Shown one piece after another: positions 34,351-45,100 of a DNA stretch of 64,000 nucleotides. This stretch comes from Selaginella moellendorffii. Lineage: Eukaryota > Plantae > Lycopodiophyta. Both the position numbers and the translations under genes were made by a program. The notes under the pieces were generated by a model. The model searched no databases and had not been told where the DNA came from. It saw only the letters and a list, made by a program, of their open reading frames with translations. The stretch spans positions 2,790,719-2,854,718 of the forward strand of contig NW_003314273.1 of assembly GCF_000143415.4 (NCBI RefSeq), in the 5' to 3' direction. Positions within the stretch are counted from its first letter, which is position 1. Each line of letters opens with the position of its first letter.

Positions 34351-36903
34351 TTGGGTTGTTATGGATTGTTTGATGAAGATGGCTTACTTCTTCCTTGTGA
34401 AGACAACAATAAAAGCTTTTGAACTTACTTAATTGTTTGTAAATTAGTTATTTAATCTTTATGGTTTGCCAGGTGACATTGTGAGTGATCAGGATCCCAA
34501 GTTCATGTCCAAGTTTTGGCAAACAGCCTTTGAGAAGCTAGGGACTAAGCTAAGCATGAGTAGTGGTGAGTATCCACAATCTGATGGGTAGATAGAGCAC
34601 ATGAATCAGCTATTAAAAGATATGCTAAGGTCTTTCATGGGAAATTTGACTCAACAAGGAGTATAGGAGAAGTACTTGCCTTTGTTTTAGTTTGCTCACA
34701 ATAATGCTCATCAATCAGCTATTGGCATATCTCCTGTTAAGAGTGAGACAAAAGATTTGCTAATGAGCATCGTCATCATCAAGAGTACAAAGTTGGTGAC
34801 AAACTTTTCCTTAAGTTGTTGGATGCACAACAGTCTCTGAAAGGAGGTGGCAATGCTAAGTTGTCTCCATAGTATTGTGGGCCTTGGACAATTTTACAGC
34901 GTGTGGGGGATCTTGCATACACTTTGGACTTGCTAGCTAGTTCGAAGATTCATTCAATGTTCCATATGAGTAAGTTTAAAGCATGTTTGAACTTTGGTGA
35001 TGTCGTGGATCAGTCCATCATCCAGGTCCCAGAGATTAATACAAAGAAGGCTAGTCCGGCCAATATTCTTGCTCAAAGATTGGTGAAAACATGCCAAAAG
35101 ACAATTAAGGAGTTGTTAGTTCAGTGGAATGGTTATTCCATGCACAAAGCTATATGGGAAATTGAGGATGACATGAAGAGAGTGTTTCCGAGTTTTCATT
35201 ATAACTTGGATGACATTCCTAAGGAAGGGGAGAATTGAGTTTTATAGCCGTATTGCTATATAATTTGAGCCATTTGTTCTATTCTCATTCTCTTGTTTCT
35301 ATGACCGTATTGTCATTTGAGAAAGCTGTATTGCTTTCTTTCTTTCATGGCCATTTGTTGTGATGTTGGTGTTGTTGTTTGCACATCTTTTCTTCATGGT
35401 TGTATTGCCTTGGACTCCCTTCATATGAGGCTCATTTAGCTTCTTGAGGCTACCATATGTGGCTAAGTCATGAGGGGGAGAATAAAACAAACCACAAGAA
35501 TATTTCAAGAATATTCCATAGCTTGGGATTTAAGACCGTAATGCCTTAAGGGTTGGGAGGTTGGCCTAGGGTTTGCTCTCTTGTTCGTTTCAGTGTGAGT
35601 GATGCAGATCCCATGGAATGAGTGAATCTTAAAGTAAATATGCCAGCTATATTGGTGTCACTGATAGAAATCTTAGTTTGCAAAAGAGAACTAAGTCTAA
35701 AGTGGTCACACTTGTTTAGGGTAGGATCACTCAAAGGGTTAAAAAAACCTATTATATACCTTTAGAGTAAAGGTTTAATTGTTTTTTTAAAGTATATTCT
35801 TGGTGTTGCATAATCTAAAATTTAAATATTATTGGTTTTAATAAAAGCCACTGATCCAATAATTAATTGAGATGAATAAACAATTTGGAGATCTTCTTTT
35901 CTCAAACCTTATGTGTATGGTTTTTGAGACAATTTGAGTGTAAACATATTTGCTCAAGCCTTGTCAAATGCATTTCCACCTATGAACATGATGGATTTTA
36001 AGCTTAGTTGTTAATGAGCTTCATGGCATCCTTGTGCATATGTTTCCTACTTGAGAATAGGGGGTAAAGAAAATAGAAAAATGTTTCAAACCTCGAAAGA
36101 TGAGGAAGAACTACAAGCACAAGACAAAGTAATGACACCACTTTCTTCCATAAATTTTTAATCTCTCTAAAAATTTCTAACCCTAGCAAGCATTAATCTA
36201 AGCTAAATTCTTAGTGCTTATGTCTTGTGATGCAATCTAGAACTGCTGTGACAACACACCCTATAGCAATGGTGTACCTTGGCAAACAAAAGTCTTTGCA
36301 AATCTACATTCCATCCCCAGTAATAGTTGGAAATGCCAAAGCTACAAAATTTCCCAAGATTGATCAATCTAGAGAACATTATACTGTTTGGCACTTAATG
36401 GTGTCCACCCTAAACCCTAGATTTAACTTCAAACACTCAAACCAGGAGATTATTCCTGAATAACTTTTGAGATAATTCCCAAACCTTGATAAAGAAATAA
36501 ATCATTAGATAATGTCCCAAGAAAGAGAATGCCACCACCAACTCTCACAGCTTGGATTCCAAAGCCCATATGCTACTTATTATCACCAGGACTGATGCAT
36601 CAAGCAACACAAAAATACTTGAACAATACCTATTTAACAAAAGGATGTTAGAACAAAGAATGCCCCTTAATCTTGCTTTTGAGATCTGTGAAATTTCTTC
36701 TTGGATAAATGGCATCTACACAAAAACTTTAAGGAATTAGCACTTATACCATTGATGTTTAGGAAGAAATTTATATAGCTTTGATTAATTAAATTGGCTA
36801 CCTTGTTTGATGAATGACTTTAACACAATTTGAGAGCCACATGATTGCATGTATATGACAATGAGTGTTGTGGATGAAGGTTCTTACTTAAGTTATACTT
36901 CAT

Positions 36904-36929
36904 CTCTCTCTCTCTCTCTCTCTCTCTCT
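36904..36929. repeat. (CT)n microsatellite
   Basis: Visible dinucleotide run. Confidence 0.9.
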
Positions 36930-38374
36930 ACATTAGGCACAATAGATTGAAATAGCATGATTTCCATAATAGGTGTTAATGGTTGGGCAAGAAAGTCAAA
37001 ATTTGCTAGTCATAGTCAAAGTAACAAAAAAAAATTTCAATTTATGTTATTTTATTAAGGTCATTTGCCTAGGCTAGTTGATATTTTATGTATTGCATCA
37101 TGTAAAGGTGTTTTATACAGAGAAGTTTTTATTTTTTTTTACATTTATCCACTAAAATATAAATATAAATGTTAAATGATATTATGATAAATATAAAGTT
37201 GCTATTTTGACTTTATCCTGTAATGTTGTGACTTTGGACTTGAAACTACACCTAACACATGACTAATAAAAAATAAATAATAAAAATATAAAAATATAAA
37301 ATATAAAATATAATTATATATATAATATATAATTATTATAAACTATAATTATAAAATAAAAAAAATCCCACCATAATCACCAAATGAAGAGGTGTGGAAA
37401 CTCCTCTTCGCTGGAAATCTATTGTTAGTAAGAAAACAAAAGAGAAAAAAGCCTAATCTCCAAGGGCTGAGAAGAAGAATGCGTTGAAAGAATGCTGTAT
37501 ATTGATAAAAAAATAATGAATGGAGATAGGGATCCATAATTCAGATTCCCCCCTTTGAAAGCTTAGCAGTTCTAACTGTCAGCATATACTATATGCTGTG
37601 CATGATTTAATCTATAGCTCCGATGCAGCCCTTAGTTCAAGGTCAAAGTCCCTTGAGCTTGGGTTTTTGGTTGATACAATATTATAAGCCCTTTACTAAG
37701 AAAAACATATACACATCTAATATCTTAAAGTTAAGTCAATTTTGAAGATAATTCTCCATCACATTTTGCTAGGAAAAACATCATTTACAAGAAACCATGC
37801 TTACTGGAATAACCAAGATTGCTCTAAAGAGTTCCTTCTCTACTCTATTTATATATATATATGTCAATTGTTTTTCAAAATTCACTGTTTCATTTTCATT
37901 TTTATTTATTCCTCAATCTCTTCTTCAAGCTTTATTGCTTCATTTTAGAGTTAAGGAGTTTTGAGGGTAAAAATGAAGTGATTACACATTGGTAAACGCT
38001 AGGATATCCTTAATACGTATATATTAAGTATATTCTTATAGATATATTTTATTCTTATAAAATCATCAAATGTGAATGTCAAGTGATCGACACTTTTTTT
38101 CAATAGTCCTTAGACATTTCAGTGGACTAAAACGAAATGCAAAAACATTTCAGGCATTTACGGATACAATTATTGGTCCTCTAAGTGTTCACATATCCTA
38201 CGGACACACAATTATTGGTCCTCTCAGTGTTCACATATCCTGCCAGCATTGCAACCTTTTCATACCCAATTTCTCTAGAAGCACTGTACTGCCTCAGCCC
38301 TAAAGTATTATTGCGAAGGTGAGATCATCCAATCCATATTTCAATTGGAGGGATCAATACACTTGATAAATCTA

Positions 38375-38660
38375 ACTTAATAGCTTTGCTCACTTCGTGT
38401 GCCCACAAAGGCACTGATGCCATAGCTGAGCATCTCTTTGTGTCTTTTCAGTTTGATCACTCCATCAAACCCTCACAGCTAATATAGCATCTCCCACAGA
38501 AGATTCTCAGTGTTTTGGATATACCCTACCCAACTAATCATACATGAGTAGTGTACCCGGATTCCATGGATTGGAAGTGCTTGGAGCTGCAGCAAGTGGA
38601 GATGCAATGAAAATTGCCATTCCATATGTTCTTATTGCACATTCTCACATAGTTACATAG
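38375..38660 (+). pseudogene. PPR C-terminal fragment convergent with CCD
   Basis: ALLTSCAHKGT, FQFDHSIKPS, PDSMDWKCL and HSHIVT*. Internally scrambled. Confidence 0.7.
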
Positions 38661-38693
38661 ATTAGATATTTACAAGAGATTATACAAATTTTC

Positions 38694-40556
38694 TTACAAG
38701 GTGGCATGGTTCTGGTTGGCTATTTGATCGGCATTTATAAAGATCCCATGGAATCCATATGGAACTCTAGCAGGCAGCTCTATAGAAGCCACTATCTCAA
38801 GCGTGGGTGATTTGGCATCCATGACCAAAAGCTCCGAGACACCACTTTCCTCATCGTGGACATAGCTTAAGACATATCCATCATCTTCCTCCTTGCCATT
38901 CGCCACAAAGAAAGGCTCTCCACAAAACTGACCTCGTTTGAATCTCCTTGACGCCACAATGCACGGCTCGTTGAGGTCCGGGTCACTCGTTCCATCGATG
39001 ACCACCCTGGGCAGCCGTGGAGCGTCCAGATCGACCTTGGCCAGGCCCGAGATTTTCGGCCATGGCCCATAGTAGCACATGTAGACGTACCGATTCTTCC
39101 GCCCCAGGAACTTCTGGTTGATCTGTCCAAAATCCAGTCCGGCCGAGCACACGTGTTGCTTCCACGACCGTCCAGATCGAAGGTCCAGGTGGATCTCGTG
39201 CAATCTGTTGGACAATCCGGCGAAATCGTCAAAGAAATGTTCTACCGGCGTAATGGACGAGCTGAGCACGACGATCTTGTCCGTCCCTTCCTCCCAAGCG
39301 TTGATGTAGTGGAATGACGTCCAATCCGGGACGTCGATCCAGCGAATGCCGGAAGAGCCCACGGTCGGGATGCGAGGGATCACCCCGAATCTAGGAACCT
39401 TGGCGGTATCTCCATCAATGACCAGTTTGTTCTTGAGCAATACATCCTGGAACTTCATCACGAGCTGATTCTCTGGAAGGATTGCGTAGTTCTCTGTTAT
39501 CGCGAAGTCGTGAAACAAGCACGGGTCCGGCAGCCACACGTCGAAATCGGGGCTCTTCCTCCCGTTCGGGCTCGCCCAGAAGTAGCGGAGGTGGGGATTG
39601 ATCACTGGATTGAAGCTAACCGCGAAGAGCTCGCCAGAGATTGGATCGATCTTTGGATGAGCGCACATCGGCAAGAACAATCGCTTGTTGAAGCTGTAGC
39701 GGCCCATGGTGATCAAATCCCCTGCTGGGGTGATACTCACGGCATATGGCATATCATCCTCGGACATGGCCAGGATTCGGCGATCGAAGTAGGCCATCCC
39801 AGCGTTGGAGGTTCCCATCCCGCCCAAGATATTGATCAGGCCCAGAGCCGTGCGCATCACGAATAGCCCGAATCGTGCGAGCCCCGCATAGCTGCTCATG
39901 GTGCCCAGTGTGTAGGGGAAGAGAGGCTTGCCCGCTGCTTGCTCCTGGACGAATCGATTGTTCTGGGTGAATCGCGCGCAGTAGACTGGAGCTTGATCTT
40001 CTTCATCGCCGAACTTGACAGAGTGGAGCATCCCGTGGCCGTCGAAGTAGTTGTAGCCGGCGGGAGGAGGATGGAGTGGATTGGAGCCATTGCGGATGTA
40101 AGCACCGCCGCGGAGGCAGCGAGGGATCGAGCCAGTGACTCGGCGGCACGGCGTTGGCGGGAACTCTCCAACCGGCGCGAAATTATCCGCGAGCTGGATC
40201 TTGGGGTCTTGCGAGGGAGGAAACTCGCGAAGATCAATGTACGTGGAGATGAAATTCTCCACCGTGTCGCACAGGGCTACCGCCGCCGCCCGCGCCTCTT
40301 CGATTGGATTGGGGATTGAGAATCCAGGGGTATTGATATACTTGCGAGAGGATTTGGTGGCGGTGGCTGTGATCCCTGATGATCTTCTCTTGGGTGGAGA
40401 TGGGAAGGAGAAGTTGGTAAGGCTATAACCAATATCAATCCCAGCTGTGGCATGCATGACAGAATCAACGACTAAAAACAGTGCCATTGGCATACATAAA
40501 TACATTGATCCCTCCAATCGAATTGGATTGGACTCTCTGAGCCACACCATTCGCAT
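38694..40556 (-). CDS. Carotenoid cleavage dioxygenase, CCD4/NCED clade (CCD4-like), intronless
   Basis: Complete ORF with all four Fe-ligand His motifs (MCAHPK, LFHDFAITE, SFHYINAWEE, PYGFHGIF). LDFGQIN and CIVASRR..GEPFFVA are CCD4-like. The Ser/Thr/Arg-rich N-terminus is transit-peptide-like. The true start may be a downstream Met. Confidence 0.9.
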   Translation of the reverse strand: MRMVWLRESNPIRLEGSMYLCMPMALFLVVDSVMHATAGIDIGYSLTNFSFPSPPKRRSSGITATATKSSRKYINTPGFSIPNPIEEARAAAVALCDTVENFISTYIDLREFPPSQDPKIQLADNFAPVGEFPPTPCRRVTGSIPRCLRGGAYIRNGSNPLHPPPAGYNYFDGHGMLHSVKFGDEEDQAPVYCARFTQNNRFVQEQAAGKPLFPYTLGTMSSYAGLARFGLFVMRTALGLINILGGMGTSNAGMAYFDRRILAMSEDDMPYAVSITPAGDLITMGRYSFNKRLFLPMCAHPKIDPISGELFAVSFNPVINPHLRYFWASPNGRKSPDFDVWLPDPCLFHDFAITENYAILPENQLVMKFQDVLLKNKLVIDGDTAKVPRFGVIPRIPTVGSSGIRWIDVPDWTSFHYINAWEEGTDKIVVLSSSITPVEHFFDDFAGLSNRLHEIHLDLRSGRSWKQHVCSAGLDFGQINQKFLGRKNRYVYMCYYGPWPKISGLAKVDLDAPRLPRVVIDGTSDPDLNEPCIVASRRFKRGQFCGEPFFVANGKEEDDGYVLSYVHDEESGVSELLVMDAKSPTLEIVASIELPARVPYGFHGIFINADQIANQNHATL

Positions 40557-40663
40557 AGATAAGATGATGGCGCGATAGAGAAAGTTTTTAAGGCTTACTC
40601 TGAGGATTCTAGCTACTTGGGATGTCGACCAATTAGAAGCAATGCGCGTGAGAACAATGTCGG

Positions 40664-40894
40664 CATTTGGAGATGTCTAGCTTTCCTCTCGTACCCGTCT
40701 AGGAAGCATGGGACCTTACCTTTACAGGATGCAATGTAAACATTTGGAGATGTCTAGCTTTCCTCTTGTACCCGTCTAGGAAGCATGGGACCTTACCTTT
40801 ACAGGATGCAATGTAAACATTTGGAGATGTCTAGCTTTCCTCTTGTACCCGTCTAGGAAGCATGGGACCTTACCTTTACATGATGCAATGTAAA
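40664..40894. repeat. Three tandem 77-bp units upstream of the intact CCD
   Basis: CATTTGGAGATGTCTAG...GATGCAATGTAAA starts at 40664, 40741 and 40818. Confidence 0.9.
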
Positions 40895-40949
40895 TCCTGA
40901 GCACTCGAGTGTCCCACATAAGAAAGTACTCTCTGCGCGAAATATCATC

Positions 40950-42085
40950 TCTGTTTGGTTTTGCTGGATGGAATAGAGAACTGTATCAAATTTCTTCCAC
41001 CTAGCTGGCAATGACGTGGACACTCCCATCTAATAGGAAAAATTGGCTAAGTTTACAGTTAGTCTTAAGGAGAAGCCCACTGCAGTGTGCTGCACCCCTC
41101 AATTTTGATCCATCTCCTTCTTGAGACCAAAAGTGGCTGCGAAGTGATCAAGACCTGGGAGAAAAACCCATTTTGGGTTTTAGAGAGGATCTCACATCTA
41201 CATCCTCCAACTATCTTCCAGTACGTCCAATGGATGCATGACCTTCTGTGCCGGTCAGAAAACGAGAAAGACCGTCGGACGGCGGACGGACAGATGCGAA
41301 GGTGTATTGCCAATTAGGTTGAGAGAGATTAAAACAAGATGGTGTTTAACGGGATGCTCCAGCCACAAATAGATCAAGCACCTTGCGGCGGGAAATTATT
41401 TGACGTCCAATTTGGTGGTGCAGTGTATATAAGCCACAGATGGCATGGCAGCTCTAGATTGAGCAATTGGTTCTCGTGGAATGCCATGCTCTTCGCCTTC
41501 ACATCTCTTGACCAGGCCAAGCAGCTGGTTGATTGAATGCCCGAGTGGGACGATCATGATCACTGCCTTCTCTTGGTATGGATTCCTCCAACAAGCAGAC
41601 GACATTCCTGATTATGCCAGTAACAGGCATTTGGATAAAGTAATGCCAGAAAGGAGCTTAATCTCTTGGAGCACGATTCTATCAAATGTGCCAATTAGGG
41701 AGGTCTTGTACCTATGCCAAAGTCTGCATTTGCAAAAGGCAAAGAGAATTTTGTTGGGCTCCCTCAGAAGTGCTTGTATGCTTGGCTTGGCGGAAAGTGA
41801 GTCCATGGAGCAACAACAATAGAATTGTTGAAAAAATTTCTTAATGCAGACGCTTTTTCTTGCAATGTAATGCTGCCCTGATTTGCTCTAATGCCAGGAA
41901 AGGGCATCTGGAAAAGCTAAAGAATCGAAGGTGTGTGTGGACTGCCATGCTGACAGCATGTAAACAACCAAAGGTTAGAGAAAACGTTGTGAATTTTGAA
42001 AAAATGCTAGATCACATATCATAGTATGGAGCCAAGTAACAGTGCTCCATATGTTCTTATTGCCAATTCTCACATAGTTACATGG
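40950..42085 (+). pseudogene. PPR relic with unrelated internal sequence
   Basis: FSWNAML, MITAFS, VMPERSLISWSTIL and EPSNSAPYVLIANSHIVT remnants. Confidence 0.65.
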
Positions 42086-42134
42086 ATTAGTAATTACAAG
42101 AGATTATATCAACTTACAACTATATCAAAATTTC

Positions 42135-45100
42135 TTACAAAGTGGCATGGTTTTGGTTAGCTATTTGATCGGCATTTATAAAGATCCCATGGAATCCATA
42201 TGGAACTCTAGCAGGCAGCTCTATAGAAGCCACTATCTCAAGCGTGGGCGATTTGGCATCCATGACCAAAAGCTCTGACACACCATTTTTCTCATCGTGG
42301 ACGTAGCTTAAGACGTATCCATCGTCTTCTTCCTCGCCATTCGCCACAAAGAAAGGCTCGCCACAAAACTTACCACGAATGTCCTTGACGCAACAATGCA
42401 CGGCTCGTTGAGGTCCGGGTCACTTGTTCCGTCGATTACCGCCCTGGGCAGCCGTGGAGCGTCCAGATCGACCTTCGCCAGGCCCGAGATTTTGGGCCAT
42501 GGCCCATAGTAGCACATATAGACGGACCGATTCTTCCGCCCCAGGAATTTCTGGTTGATCTGTCCAAAATCATGTTGCTTCCACGACCGTCCAGATCGAA
42601 GGTCTAGGTGGATCTCGTGCAATCTGTTGGGCGATATCGTCAAACAGATGTTCCACCGGCGTGATCGACGAGCTGAGCACTGTTACGGTGGCAAGCCGTA
42701 CGATGTATGGACAGACACCAGTGCCAGCTAGGACGCCAGGAGACGCGTCGTTTTTGGTTGTATATTGACCAAAATCTCATGAATGAAAATTCATTCGATG
42801 GTCAAACACAACATGGTATCGGAGCAGATCTATGATCCTGGATGACGAGAAGGAGAAACCAGCGTAGGATGCGTAGGCGTGCAATAGCAACAGCAAGACG
42901 CATCACTAGGAGGAGATTGTTGGCTCGGGTAGTTAGGGTTCTAGTTGCAAACTGGAATACGACTGGACCGAGTGGATAGGGGCGCCTCCTACCGAGATGG
43001 CAGCGCCACCTCAGCCCCCTCCTCTTCCTCTTCGTCCTACAGCACCGCCTTCCTTATCGGGTTTATCTTTGCCGCAAACTCTTCACGATGGCGATGTCTG
43101 AGGCTGACCACCTCCCCACACACATCGCTGCCGTTACTTGGCGCGATGTAACAACCGCGTTGAAGAACACAGAACTGAGGCGCAAGGCGAGTGACAAGGA
43201 GACAACCTCGTTCTACACCACTGCAAAGACGCAGCAGAAAAAGAAGCCGTTCAAAGCAAGTGGGAGCTCTTCATCAGGGAAATTCCCACCTTGCGAGCAC
43301 TGTAAGAAGACCAATCATGAACCTAAGAACTGCTGGTTTAAGTTCCCAGAGAAGCGGCCCAAGAAATCAAAAGCACTCCTAGTTCAACCACCGCTCGACA
43401 TTGAAGCACATGCTTATGAGCGAGTGACCACTTGACGCACGATGCGAGGTGGTTCAAGACGCTCCAAGAGCTGGACATGCTGGCAGGAGTAGCTGTTGGT
43501 GATGGCCGCACTCTCAAGATCACGGGACGTGGAACCATACTTCTCAAACTATGTAGTGGCTTCACAGTCACGATTGAGAATGTTCTCCTTGTTCCAAAAC
43601 TTAGCGCCAATCTACTTTCAGTTGGCCAGCCCACAGACTCTGGCTTTGATCTCCGTTTCAGTAAATCTGATTGCTCGTTCCTTACTCCTGATGGCAATCT
43701 CGGATTTGTTGGCGTACGACGTGAGAACAGAGGCCTTTACGAGCTCTGTATGGAACCCATTCACGCCACAGAGTTGGTGGAGAAACCTCATCAATTTCTC
43801 ACCTTTGTGGCGGCTAAGACACATCATCTTGAGCTTTGCCAGCACTCTACGCATTGCTCAACTAGCTAAGGACCAGATGGTTGATGGTCTTGATCCTCAG
43901 CTTGACAGCTCTACGCACATCTCCTTCTGCGAAGGCTGCCAGCTTGGGAAACAGCATCGGCTCCCTTTTCCTAAGCGTGGAGCAAAACGAGCCAAAGAAG
44001 TCTTGGAGCTTGTCCATAGCGATATTTGGGGCCCTGCTCCTCATGTCTCCTTTGGCGGCTCCAAGTACTTCATTACTTTCGTGGACGATTACAGCAGGAA
44101 GACCTTCGTCTACTGCTTGGTCACGAAATCCCAGGCTCTAGATAAGTTCGAGATCTTCAAAGCTCTTGCTGAAAAGCAAACTGGAAAACCGTTGAAGCGA
44201 CTCAGATCAGATGGAGGTGGCGAGTATGTCTCTCAGAAGTTTTCTGCTTTTCTTCAAAAGCATGGAATTCAAAGAGAGCAAACCGCCCCGTATTCCTCTC
44301 AGCAGAACGGTGTTGCAGAACGCAAGAACCGGAGCTTGATAGATGCCGCAAATAGCATGCTTCAAGCCAACCGCGTTCCTGCTACGTTCTGGGCTGACGC
44401 AGTTATGACCGCCTGCTATCTACAAAATCGGCTCCCTACAAAAGTCGTGGTTGGAAAAACACCTGAAGAAGCCTGGTCAGGCCGCAAGCCAGCCATAGAT
44501 CACTTGCGTATCTTTGGATGTGAGGCCTACACTCACGTCCCCAAGGCCATCAGAAAGAAGCTTACGCCCACCAGCGAGCGAGGCATCTTTCTTGGCTATA
44601 GCCTGGAGCACAAGGCTTACAGGATTTTCAACCTAGTCTCCAGGAAGCTGACTATCTCCCGCGACGTTCACTTCAATGAGAATGCCACTCGTTCTCATCC
44701 AGTGGGAGATCTCTTCCCTCCTGCCCCGATTCTTCCAACTGAAGACTCTTCTTCAACCTTGGAACCGGTGGTAGTCTCTCCTATCTTGCCGCTGCAAGTG
44801 GGAGCTTCCAGAGCGCCAGATCTCCAGGTGGGAGATCTACGCGTTCCGGTTTTGCCAAATTCGCCGAACAGGGGTGCCCTATCCCCTGTTCGGCCTCAAC
44901 CGAGATTCTCCTCGAGGCCCTCCGGAGCAACCTGCAGTACCTCCGGATCAGCCTCCCCGCCGGTCTTCCCGGTCGAATTTAGGTGTCCCTCCGCAGCGGT
45001 TGATCGAGACAATGCTCTCGGTCGTTCAAGACATTCCTGAAGGCTTGGTTGAGACATTGCTTGCTGGCGTGGACATTCCGGAAGTTCCTCGCAGCTACGT

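Larger units (their letters stand above)
31000..35238 (+). mobile_element. Decayed Ty3/Gypsy chromovirus (gag zinc knuckle, integrase, chromodomain)
   Basis: CFCCHKAGHQSKDC (~31715), ARWQEFLQE, ECHDVPSAGHSG...C..CQ, ISMDFI, IVSDQDPKF and chromodomain-like ELLVQWNGYSMHKAIWE. Purine tract at ~35221. LTRs not resolved. Confidence 0.8.

Noticed and set aside
35240-38290. AT-rich region as a DNA transposon or Helitron
   Set aside because: No terminal inverted repeats, TSD, Helitron ends or recognisable transposase motif could be supported, so it is left unassigned.
40664-40894. Possible CRISPR-like array
   Set aside because: The units are contiguous with no unique spacers, the context is eukaryotic, and there are no cas genes.
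18367-42680. Shared GCAC in the Gypsy and Copia target sites as a common target preference
   Set aside because: Only two events from unrelated integrases, so chance is adequate.
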